Virus record (IMG/VR): IMGVR_UViG_3300006145_000003 | Direction: 5' to 3' (one strand) | Origin: a virus | Lineage: Duplodnaviria; Heunggongvirae; Uroviricota; Caudoviricetes | Length of the DNA: 61,375 nt | In this document: in pieces, positions 53,131-61,375 of the stretch | Layout: each line of letters starts with the position of its first letter | How positions within the stretch are numbered: the stretch's first letter is position 1 | Notes under the pieces: generated by a model | What the model was told of the DNA's origin: nothing | The model's database searches: none | What the model saw: only the letters and a program-made list of their open reading frames with translations | Program-made: the position numbers and the translations under genes

Positions 53131-54315
53131 TTAGTTCAGTGGGACATCATATGTACATCTGATTCCAGTATCATCACATACACAGACCAGCTGCTCAGGC
53201 TTACCATAAATTCTCTTTTGGACGCAAAAATCATCCATCCCCTGGAAACTGCCAGCCATGATAGTTTTTACACCTTGCACTTCATCAATTTTGTTATGGT
53301 GCATGTGTCCAGATAGAACGGCATATAAAGGCTTTCGTACCATCGTCTGCAATGTCTGTACCTTTGACGCGGTTCCATCAAAGTCTCCATGTATGCCGCA
53401 ATAGCTCTTACCACGTATGTCGATTACATACATTGTGTTGTCTATCTTGTCACCCACACCTATGGTGACATTTTCAAAATTTTGAAGCCTAGCTGCCAAA
53501 TACCACTCGATTAAATCATCTAAGCGTTCACTCGCCAAGGATAAATCTTTTTGTGGATTTATTCTGCTATGGTTGCCTGCAACACTAATATATGTTACCT
53601 TAGAAAAATGTTTGCTCAATTCAGCGATAAACTCAGAGATAAGTTCAGATACTCCTTTTATTTGCTCAATTACATTTTCTTTATTAGTAACGGCGATTGA
53701 ATGGTGTATGTTCCCGCTTATCTCATCTCCGTTTGCCCATACATAGCAATTTTCGCTGGAATGCGTAGTGGCAATCGATATTACTCTATCAAGGTACTTA
53801 CACATCATATCTTTGCATATTTCTGAGTTATACACATTCCAGTAGTTATGAATGTTAGCACCATAATGAATATCATTCAAGCTGACAAGCAAATCATTAT
53901 CAGAACAAATAAAAGTATTCGGTTCATAATTGAGGCGCGGAAGACTTCCAGAGCTCACAGCTTCTAATAGAATTTCATTTAACTCTTCTTGGCGTGAACG
54001 TTCGCGAATCACTTTATTAAGAGCGACCCTTTGGTCGAAGAACTTCTGGCGTTCTTTCATCAACTCGATACGTTTACTTTCCAGCTCGCTAATACTTGTA
54101 CTGTCTGTTGTTTTATTGATTGAATCGCGTTCGATTGCGTCAATTACAGCTTTCATGCCATACATTCGCTTTCGAACTTCACTAGAGCTAAAACAGTTCC
54201 CCTCTCCAAAAAGACGTTCACTTAACTCTTCATAATCTTCGTCTATACTATGGTCAACTAATTTGCCTAGTACAATATTTCGTATATCTTCATATGTTAC
54301 ATTGCTTGTGATAAT
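53131..54315 (-). CDS. Calcineurin-like metallophosphoesterase
   Basis: DIHYG, GDEISG, AGNH, HGD, GHMHH motifs; frame stays open 50 codons upstream of the first ATG (54165), so the start is uncertain. Confidence 0.8.
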   Translation of the reverse strand: MITSNVTYEDIRNIVLGKLVDHSIDEDYEELSERLFGEGNCFSSSEVRKRMYGMKAVIDAIERDSINKTTDSTSISELESKRIELMKERQKFFDQRVALNKVIRERSRQEELNEILLEAVSSGSLPRLNYEPNTFICSDNDLLVSLNDIHYGANIHNYWNVYNSEICKDMMCKYLDRVISIATTHSSENCYVWANGDEISGNIHHSIAVTNKENVIEQIKGVSELISEFIAELSKHFSKVTYISVAGNHSRINPQKDLSLASERLDDLIEWYLAARLQNFENVTIGVGDKIDNTMYVIDIRGKSYCGIHGDFDGTASKVQTLQTMVRKPLYAVLSGHMHHNKIDEVQGVKTIMAGSFQGMDDFCVQKRIYGKPEQLVCVCDDTGIRCTYDVPLN

Positions 54316-54491
54316 TCACATCCCCTTCCGAGTTCCCTATTCCTAATGTCACGAAGCATCTTCATAGGCCCACGTTCCTCCGCCATATAATAGTGGTGCC
54401 GCTTAGAATCCTGCCTCATTGTGCGAACAATGTGAGTATTTGGGAACTTGCTCTGAATACGAATTTTTTCGGCCTTTGTAATGGAAATCAC
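54297..54491 (-). CDS. Small basic hypothetical protein
   Basis: 64 aa; first ORF after the intergenic hairpin. Confidence 0.55.
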   Translation of the reverse strand: MISITKAEKIRIQSKFPNTHIVRTMRQDSKRHHYYMAEERGPMKMLRDIRNRELGRGCELSQAM

Positions 54492-54640
54492 TGTTAAATC
54501 ATCCTTTTCTTTTTATTTATTTCTCCGTTATAGAAGAAACAATCTATATTTATACACTAATAGCATACATCAAGTAGGGCCTAACACGTTGAGTACCAAC
54601 GCATTAGGCCACTTCATTTTTTCCAACAATCTATTTTCTG

Positions 54641-55405
54641 TTATGCATTTGCCATTCGATATCTCATAGCGGCATTGATATTTTGTTTAGCCCTAACCTC
54701 AGCTGCACAGTTCTGACAATATTTTTGTCTTCTTCCCTTGTATGGGGAGTTCATTTTCACGGTCAGTCCGCAGTTCTCGCATATAAAGTATGGCCCTCCA
54801 TAAAATTTTTCATATTGGTAGCCCAGGTTTCGAAAATCTATAATATGTATCGCGGACTCATCGTCACAAATGAATTCAACTTGAACATTCAGATTATCTA
54901 TCTTCTTTGAGAATTTAATCAGGCCATTGGCTCTTAACTCAGAAAACATTAGGCTTTGACGCTTAATTGAAGTGTTAATGTTTGCCATCTGCATTATTTC
55001 TTTGTCTGAACAATTTGACCAATGATTATTTGTTTCAGAAACTGCATCCCAGTATTTGGCGGAGCAAAGCAGAGTAAATGCAAGTCTTCGAATTTGTTTC
55101 CCATTTAGCTTTTCTATTTTTTCTAACTCATCGTATGACACATCGACTCCATCCAATATTACCAAAGAATATTTGTTGCAAGATTTCACAACTTTATCTA
55201 ATGTGTCTGACCACTTTGGGAGAGAAGCTGATGGGTCGCATTTTAACAAAAAATCATCCAATAAACTTCTAATCTCATGCTTGCTATAATGATTTGCGTG
55301 ATAGTATCTTGCAACTCTGCTTAATGTTTCAACTGGCTTGTTTCCTAATTCATGCTCCCGAATCATGTTTTCTGCCCACTCATATTCATTAAGAATCAAG
55401 CTCAT
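54641..55405 (-). CDS. RNAP-adjacent protein with a C-terminal Zn finger
   Basis: CENC...CQNC; ATG at 55405 with GGAGG RBS overlaps the RNAP stop. Confidence 0.7.
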   Translation of the reverse strand: MSLILNEYEWAENMIREHELGNKPVETLSRVARYYHANHYSKHEIRSLLDDFLLKCDPSASLPKWSDTLDKVVKSCNKYSLVILDGVDVSYDELEKIEKLNGKQIRRLAFTLLCSAKYWDAVSETNNHWSNCSDKEIMQMANINTSIKRQSLMFSELRANGLIKFSKKIDNLNVQVEFICDDESAIHIIDFRNLGYQYEKFYGGPYFICENCGLTVKMNSPYKGRRQKYCQNCAAEVRAKQNINAAMRYRMANA

Positions 55406-58142
55406 AGAATTCCTCCATTCTTTTATCAGCAACTGTAAATCTGTTTCCACCGTACTCTATTTCTCCATCAGAATCCAGGGTAGGATAGTGCATCATCCAC
55501 CCTTTGTTCATAGCGATATTTCGAATAATCTCATGCCCACACATTTCCCACGCAAATTTTTTCGTAGAACTCTTTTTATAACATACGTCCAATATAATAT
55601 CGCATAGTGCAAGCTTGTCGGTGCAAACCTTAGCACACTCCTGTTCAAATTCAGATTTCATTTCAGACATACGCATATACGCATCGCATTCATCTATGCG
55701 CTCGTATTTTGAAAATATTGCATAGCTTTGCAGCCGTTTGTTATATTCATCGTATAGCCTTGAGATTGAATTTAACTGAGAGCGTGTGTACTCGGCTCCA
55801 CTTTTCATGATGTTATAATCGAACTCGACTCCGTCATTATGACTGCCTATATATCCGTCAAAAGCTTCTTCGAACTTCCGGCATATACGATTCATTACAC
55901 AATCGTTTGTACCGACTGGCATACGCGCTTCGTAATATCTTAGAAAATCATTTTGCCTATCCGTGCGTTCATCTCGTGGAATATTATAAAGTTCATTTAT
56001 GGTCATGTGGAACTCTCTCAAAGAATTCTTATTTGTATTCTTGATGTAAGTATTATATTGTTTCATAAGGGCTGGATATATGTATCGCATAAAATACGGT
56101 TTCTTGTCAGCGACAATGCTAAGGTAGAATCTTCTTCTGTCAATATCTTCAATTTGGTTAACGCTGTGCCTATCATGCCACTCTCTCGGCATCGGTTTTG
56201 CAATGATGCCTTTAGCTTTGTCAATGGCATTCTGCTGAAAAAGCTGCCCGCATTTAATCCTATAGTCTAACTCTTTATATTCTCTGGACTCCCTTGGGTA
56301 TCCAGCCTGGACATCAAACATAGATGTTATCCAGTTTGTTGTCTTGCCAATATCATCTCCAAAACTATCTATATTAGATTGAATGGAATCCTCTTCACAA
56401 ACTATTTTTTTGTTTGCTTTGCGCTGTACGCACATGAGTGCTGGCAATTCTTTCAGTCTCGTTACAAGGATATTATTGTCAGTCAGCATCACCAAGTCGC
56501 CGTCCTTATCCATTCCATTTAGCGCATGTGCCGCCGTATCCCAGGAATTGAAGATTGTGCATGATGTCATATATTGATACCAGTGCTCTGCGTCTTGACT
56601 GCGATGTGGATAAACTAGGCGAACGTTATTATGACAGGTCATTGGAGCTCTGAAGCAGGCGAGCCGTTTTGAATCTATCCTGCACCAGTATCGGTTATAT
56701 ATTTCTCCAGACTTGAGGATACCTGTAACCTCCATCCCAAAAATGCTTTGACATAGGGAGTATGGGTCACCAGACACTATCGAGTAGTTTCCATGTACTT
56801 TGAGTACGCCGACCTTCGCCTCGTTGATTCGGTTCTTTATGAGAGAGTATATATTGCTCTTAATATGGGGGTCATCCATCATCTCCGGTGCTATCATTAT
56901 TGCTTTAGCGTAATCATCCTCTGATTTTAGGATATTAGCATCGTTCAAACCGGCCCCCTTCAAAAACAGAACGGTCTTTCTCCAATCGTTGGATAAAACA
57001 TCTTCTATCTCATGGATGGTAGGGGATATCAATTCGTCTATATCTTCATCTGACAGCTCGTAGCTTTGAATGAACTGATAGTTGAGATTTCTTTCAGACT
57101 CCAACTCTTTTGGACATGTCTTTGCTATACCGAACGAGTAACCGTTTTGAAGGCAATTCCTTATGTAGTCTTCACAGCCCTTATATGAATCCCACAGCTT
57201 TAGCATGGATGTAGTAAGAATTAGCTCAACATTCCTGATATCCACATCCTGTCCCCACGCGTCTTTAACCGTGTATGTATGTGCTACAGTTTGAGCAAAG
57301 TCCAGAAAGTCGAAGGTGAATACCATTCCTTTTTCCCACGAGAATCGAGTATTGACACCGCTTACCAAATAGTCTAATCCAAGCTCTTCGCTCCATCGTG
57401 CTGCAAGGCTTGGCAGCATCAATCCATATCCGTCAGATTCGTTTAGCTGAACCATTACATTATTGCGCTCTTCCATTAAGGGCTCGACTTGGCCTTCGTC
57501 ATTTAGATAAATGATATCTGACAGAAACTCTGTTTCACAATCTGGTACCACTAAGATTCCTTTTGGCATTGATACTGGGTTTGAGGCACTACATGTCAGT
57601 GCTTTGTATGCTTCAAGCTTGGCCGGAACCATTTCAACGCTTAAATCTCTTCCATTATCAATTCTTCGCCTTAGCTCATCCACCACCTTCGAGCTAACAA
57701 ATACGATGGTTTCATTTTTGACCCCTCCGTTTGTGCCAAGTAATCTTTGATATTTCACTCCGTTTATACTAAACCCTCTGCAAGCCCTTCGATAATCGCT
57801 TTCTTTATCCATAATTACACACATATAGTCTGGCTTGAATTGTACATCGTCTAACTTTGAATAAAGTGACTTAATCTGCTTTCTGTTTTGGATGCTGTTC
57901 GGCTCTTTGCGCAGCTGTCGAATCTGAAGCTTGGTTTCTCTTGCAATAGCGTCTGCATCTGTTATTCCGTTTATCTCATCAATCCATCTCAACACCTGAC
58001 TATCTGCGAGTGATATTATCTCATCATTTTTTCGTGCCTCTGATATAGGGAGTGTCAGTTTCCATTTTGCTTTTCGTAGTCTGCTGCTATGTATTTTATA
58101 TATATACTTTTGGCATACTAACTGTTTGCTTATGTTCTCCAC
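55389..58142 (-). CDS. YonO-like single-subunit (two-barrel) RNA polymerase
   Basis: 917 aa; NESDGYG, RAPMTCHN, NGMDKDGD (DxDGD metal motif), IGKTTN; SPbeta-like synteny upstream of the late operon. Confidence 0.85.
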   Translation of the reverse strand: MENISKQLVCQKYIYKIHSSRLRKAKWKLTLPISEARKNDEIISLADSQVLRWIDEINGITDADAIARETKLQIRQLRKEPNSIQNRKQIKSLYSKLDDVQFKPDYMCVIMDKESDYRRACRGFSINGVKYQRLLGTNGGVKNETIVFVSSKVVDELRRRIDNGRDLSVEMVPAKLEAYKALTCSASNPVSMPKGILVVPDCETEFLSDIIYLNDEGQVEPLMEERNNVMVQLNESDGYGLMLPSLAARWSEELGLDYLVSGVNTRFSWEKGMVFTFDFLDFAQTVAHTYTVKDAWGQDVDIRNVELILTTSMLKLWDSYKGCEDYIRNCLQNGYSFGIAKTCPKELESERNLNYQFIQSYELSDEDIDELISPTIHEIEDVLSNDWRKTVLFLKGAGLNDANILKSEDDYAKAIMIAPEMMDDPHIKSNIYSLIKNRINEAKVGVLKVHGNYSIVSGDPYSLCQSIFGMEVTGILKSGEIYNRYWCRIDSKRLACFRAPMTCHNNVRLVYPHRSQDAEHWYQYMTSCTIFNSWDTAAHALNGMDKDGDLVMLTDNNILVTRLKELPALMCVQRKANKKIVCEEDSIQSNIDSFGDDIGKTTNWITSMFDVQAGYPRESREYKELDYRIKCGQLFQQNAIDKAKGIIAKPMPREWHDRHSVNQIEDIDRRRFYLSIVADKKPYFMRYIYPALMKQYNTYIKNTNKNSLREFHMTINELYNIPRDERTDRQNDFLRYYEARMPVGTNDCVMNRICRKFEEAFDGYIGSHNDGVEFDYNIMKSGAEYTRSQLNSISRLYDEYNKRLQSYAIFSKYERIDECDAYMRMSEMKSEFEQECAKVCTDKLALCDIILDVCYKKSSTKKFAWEMCGHEIIRNIAMNKGWMMHYPTLDSDGEIEYGGNRFTVADKRMEEFYELDS

Positions 58143-58163
58143 CCACTTTCTGATGTAATGTGA

Positions 58164-58334
58164 CTACTCATATAATTCTTTCACGTATTCATTCCAGTAC
58201 TCTATAAACTCCCGACGTCCTCTCTCTATGTATCGAGCAATGGCAGATTCACTTGACCAGACATATCCACACTCTGTATCAAACTGCGGCATATATGTGT
58301 CTGCCTGTGCTAATACCTTGTTTATATCTTTCAT
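58164..58334 (-). CDS. 56-aa hypothetical protein (not in the ORF track)
   Basis: AAGGAGGTG RBS; MKDINKVLAQADTYMPQFDTECG... Confidence 0.55.
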   Translation of the reverse strand: MKDINKVLAQADTYMPQFDTECGYVWSSESAIARYIERGRREFIEYWNEYVKELYE

Positions 58335-58335
58335 C

Positions 58336-59550
58336 TCACACCTCCTTGCACTTTAATTCATTCATCCAGTCAAGCAATAACCTCCTCATCCTCTTGCTAG
58401 GTATGTATATATTGATTGGCTTATAATCCCTTATTGCGCTTCGCCATATCCACTGCAGCATCTCAGACAAAGCGAATTTGTCTGGGTCAATGCCTGCGCC
58501 CTTTGACGAAAAGAGCTTAATGATATTTGGGTCAGCGAAGCGATTGACCATATACGCCAAATTTGTCTTACCCCTGTATTGGTTGGTAGCTCTTGCCCCG
58601 GTTTGCAAAAAGTTACTTCTAAATCTACCGCTTTTCATATCTACAAGCTTGTTGATATCATTCTTGTAACATGTCCAGAGACGATTAGAATTATCACTAC
58701 CTGTTTCACATTGGAAAAACTGGCGAAGCCCATTGCGCAGCACCCTGATTTCTGGGTCACTGTACGAACGCTTGTCATACCACCCCTTGGATAGTGCGTA
58801 GTATCCGTTTCCAACATCATTCTTTTTCTTACCGCAGGATAAGTTTATTAGATTGGTGAAATCAAGTGGGGGAGGAGAATCAGGTTTGTTCGAGAAGAAG
58901 AATCCCCTCTTGTCTTCCTCCACGCCAACGATGGTATAAGGAATACCATAATAGTCGAGGTATGCTTTCTGATATTGTCCATCAAACATATAGGTCAACA
59001 TAAATACTTCATTAAATGCGCTCAGTAACGTGGGGTTCAGTATATTTAGAAGAGCGCTATCAAGCGTGAAGAGCGAGCCTGTGTCTGCCAAAGCTTTGTA
59101 ATCTGAGAATCTTCCGCTATAATCTTTATTTCTCCAAACGAGCCTTCCGTCATCTCCTGGGTCAGTGAGCTGGGTCATAATCAAGTTAAAATCTTGATGA
59201 GACACATTCAGTCTTTCTACAACTTGGATACTCTCGTCTATAATGAGCGAATACCCCTTATCCATGATTAGCTCCTGGCTCTCCTGGTCTATCAGGTAGA
59301 ATAGAGCGTGTGTGGCGGCTATGTTATGTCCAGAGCGAAGGAGACACTTTAGCCTTGCTGATTTGGTCAGGTTGTCACTGTCTGGCTGCTCAAAGTCACA
59401 TGACTCACATATTCGACCTACCTCGTCCAAAAAAGGAGTTATGTATAGAAATCGCTTTTTTCCTTTATTCTCGTTCATATATCGTATCGCTGCCGAAGAC
59501 TTTCCCCGGCCCATCCTGGCATCCACTACTGTAATCTGGTGTATATTCAC
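58336..59550 (-). CDS. SF2 helicase-like ATPase
   Basis: VDARMGRGKSS Walker A, LIIDES Walker B, LSEMLQWIWRSAIR; start GTG at 59550 with AAGGAG RBS. Confidence 0.7.
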   Translation of the reverse strand: MNIHQITVVDARMGRGKSSAAIRYMNENKGKKRFLYITPFLDEVGRICESCDFEQPDSDNLTKSARLKCLLRSGHNIAATHALFYLIDQESQELIMDKGYSLIIDESIQVVERLNVSHQDFNLIMTQLTDPGDDGRLVWRNKDYSGRFSDYKALADTGSLFTLDSALLNILNPTLLSAFNEVFMLTYMFDGQYQKAYLDYYGIPYTIVGVEEDKRGFFFSNKPDSPPPLDFTNLINLSCGKKKNDVGNGYYALSKGWYDKRSYSDPEIRVLRNGLRQFFQCETGSDNSNRLWTCYKNDINKLVDMKSGRFRSNFLQTGARATNQYRGKTNLAYMVNRFADPNIIKLFSSKGAGIDPDKFALSEMLQWIWRSAIRDYKPINIYIPSKRMRRLLLDWMNELKCKEV

Positions 59551-60134
59551 CGTCTCCTTTCTCAATAATTTGAAAACCTGTACACAAAATCGGGTGGGCT
59601 GCTCCACCCTTGTTGAAGTGAGCTGTTCTCATGACCTCCCTCTCTATTCTTTCTTTTTAAAGACCCACTCTAATCCGTTGTGCGCCAAGGGCTAATTTTT
59701 AAAGCTGTACAGTGGCTCTGTACAGTTTTGGTTTTCACCTATTCAATTTTCAAGGTTCGACGGCCAAGTAAACTATTTAATTGACTTGACTATGCCTTTA
59801 TTTTACCAGGTTTTTTTCAATTACGCAAGTCATATTAGTAGGCGATATTCCAGCGAGATATTTCCTAGAGAAAAACGCACGGTTATGGGGTCGCAAGGAA
59901 CAGGACATCTATTCCGTTGTCGATTTGACAATAAAACGTACAGTAATGAGCGGTACAATAAAGAGCTTTTATTGCTTTTTGGACAGGCAAATCAGAGAAA
60001 AAAGCGGTGATAGTGTGATGAACCCACTAACACAAAATATCAACGGCGCGGGGGCTGAAAATCCCATAACTACCCCCCTACTTGCCATAGCGTGAAAAGG
60101 GCAAGTAAAAATTTGCCCTATCTTTTCGGCCTAG

Positions 60135-60157
60135 GGTGACCCCCCCTTTGTGGTTAG
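60135..60157 (+). promoter_or_regulatory. Repeated oriented motif, copy 3 (GGTGACCCCCCCTTTGTGGTTAG)
   Basis: One extra C and one C>T relative to the consensus; ends 22 nt upstream of the -35 box. Confidence 0.65.
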
Positions 60158-60179
60158 CATAAGAAATCAAAAAATTATA

Positions 60180-60208
60180 TTGACAAATTGCAAACAAGGT
60201 GCTAATAT
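60180..60208 (+). promoter_or_regulatory. Sigma-A-type promoter with an extended -10
   Basis: TTGACA (60180-85), 17 bp spacer, TG-c-TAATAT (60203-08). Confidence 0.7.
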
Positions 60209-60309
60209 ATCTATGTCGAGTAACGGCAGGCGTCACCCGCTCCCCATTCTACCACATGGGGCACGCCCCCACACCACACAAAAAATACATAGCAGAAAGG
60301 AAAAACAAC

Positions 60310-61248
60310 ATGAAAAACGCAACTACCACAAATGCCACGTTTGAGAGCGTCAAGCGCAACTTTGAGAACGCCCACGCAAGCGGCGCGGACTATAGCAAGG
60401 AATTAACCGCCCTTGCAACTGCCGTTGCCTATAGCGTGTTGAAAAAATGCCTTGACCCCCAGCGCAAAACGGCCGTTGACCGGGAAGAGGTTAGCAACAA
60501 CGGCCAAAACCCCACCTTGCAAGCCGTCCGGCGCGGTATACGCAAGGACTATGAAACACTAGCAGGAACGGAATACACCGCAAGCCGCGCAACCCGCGCC
60601 ACGCTCAATGCAGACGGTGACCCCATCACCGAAACGGCAGACAAGGCCGCACAAAAAGCCCTCAATAAAATCATACGCGAAACACTTTCCGACGGTATAG
60701 ACCTAGTGCAGGGCGCGGCCCTTGCCATACTGGAACAGGCGGCAGAACACGCCGCCCCTGGTGAATGGCTTGACAGGCCGTATACTGTGCGCCGGCTTGC
60801 AAGGCGCGTATATATTCGCCGCAACGATAGCGCCGCCTATAGGGACGACACCACGACCCCAATACAAGAAATTTATAGGGCCGTCCGGCGCGAGGTGCAG
60901 AACAGCCGCGCCATACAGACAGACCCCCGGAACGGCTATAGCTACATAGAGGACATAGCGCCGGGCGGGCTGGACATTATTTTTTATCGGACGGGCAAAT
61001 ATACAGACCTTGGGGGCGTTGACAGCGCGGGCAATTACACCACAAACCGGCAGGCGTTAGCAGACTATAACGCCATCATGGAAAAGTTAAACTTGACCCC
61101 ACGTCAAGCCAAAGTGTTAGAATTGCGTATGCAAGGCAGAGGAAAAAAAGCTATCGGGACATACTTAGGGATTGACCCCAACAACGTTGGGCGCACGTTA
61201 AGACAGATACAAGCCAAGGCCAAAGAAATAGGCTTGACCCCGGCATAA
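60310..61248 (+). CDS. Sigma-factor-like / LuxR-type HTH regulator (312 aa)
   Basis: C-terminal LTPRQAKVLELRMQG...AIGTYLGI...VGRTLRQI (sigma region-4-like HTH); AGAAAGG RBS before ATG at 60310. Confidence 0.65.
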   Translation: MKNATTTNATFESVKRNFENAHASGADYSKELTALATAVAYSVLKKCLDPQRKTAVDREEVSNNGQNPTLQAVRRGIRKDYETLAGTEYTASRATRATLNADGDPITETADKAAQKALNKIIRETLSDGIDLVQGAALAILEQAAEHAAPGEWLDRPYTVRRLARRVYIRRNDSAAYRDDTTTPIQEIYRAVRREVQNSRAIQTDPRNGYSYIEDIAPGGLDIIFYRTGKYTDLGGVDSAGNYTTNRQALADYNAIMEKLNLTPRQAKVLELRMQGRGKKAIGTYLGIDPNNVGRTLRQIQAKAKEIGLTPA

Positions 61249-61256
61249 TAGACAGC

Positions 61257-61286
61257 GGCGGCGCGTATGCGCCGCCTTTTCTTTTT
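61257..61286 (+). terminator. Intrinsic terminator
   Basis: ggcggcgc/gcgccgcc 8-bp stem followed by ttttcttttt. Confidence 0.85.
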
Positions 61287-61298
61287 GGACAAAAAACC

Positions 61299-61375
61299 GC
61301 AAGCCCAGCGCCGCCCAGCCCGCCGGGGTGACCCCCCTTTGCGGTTAGGGGTGCAAGGCAAGCCCAGCGCCGCCC
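61299..61375 (+). repeat. Direct repeat with a 59-bp period containing motif copy 4, running to the window edge
   Basis: gcaagcccagcgccgccc at 61299-61316 and 61358-61375; motif GGTGACCCCCCTTTGCGGTTAGGGGTG at 61327-61353 lies between them. Confidence 0.75.

Noticed and set aside
4244-58142. Introns or inteins in nrdD, terL or RNAP, or stop-codon reassignment
   Set aside because: These genes are single uninterrupted ORFs of ordinary size under the standard code, with no intein-like C...HN boundaries noticed
60616-60624. Fifth copy of the repeated motif (GGTGACCCC)
   Set aside because: Only 9 bp, inside coding sequence, lacking the TTTGCGG half; compatible with chance in GC-rich DNA

Overview
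The window is about 61 kb of a large temperate tailed-phage genome with an SPbeta-like gene order. The host is probably an anaerobic Bacillota/Clostridia gut bacterium; this is inferred from the GGAGG RBSs, amidase endolysin and class III RNR. No host genes are visible. Bases 1-8.6 kb (+) are a nucleotide-metabolism operon: SleB-like hydrolase, ThyX, dNMP kinase, 5'-nucleotidase, a glutaredoxin-NrdD fusion, NrdG, a mini ferredoxin:thioredoxin-reductase-like protein and dUTPase. Next come an attP carrying the 3' half of tRNA-Thr(GGT) and a tyrosine integrase, so the sequence is probably the excised or virion form. Bases 10.3-59.6 kb (-) hold the lysis cassette, a complete diversity-generating retroelement (target/VR, hairpin, avd, TR, spacer, RT), a modular tail-fibre chain, Tal, Dit, tape measure, tail and head genes, portal and terminases. 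The same block also carries HU, a second tyrosine recombinase, a degenerate CAT tRNA, a phosphoesterase, a YonO-like single-subunit RNA polymerase and a helicase-like gene. Bases 60.1-61.4 kb (+) are a T-poor, GC-rich block with a sigma/LuxR-HTH protein. The most interesting leads are: (1) a 22-27 bp oriented motif (GGTGACCCCCCTTTGCGGTTAG) found twice just upstream of the DGR avd-TR-RT unit and twice around the sigma-like gene 43 kb away, suggesting dedicated phage regulation of the DGR; (2) a self-contained redoxin-driven anaerobic RNR module (Grx-NrdD + NrdG + FTR-like); (3) a putative peptide-docking chain of tail-fibre proteins ending in the DGR target; (4) a late-operon recombinase preceded by a non-canonical tRNA. 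All alignments and counts were done by hand and family assignments come from motif recognition, not database searches.
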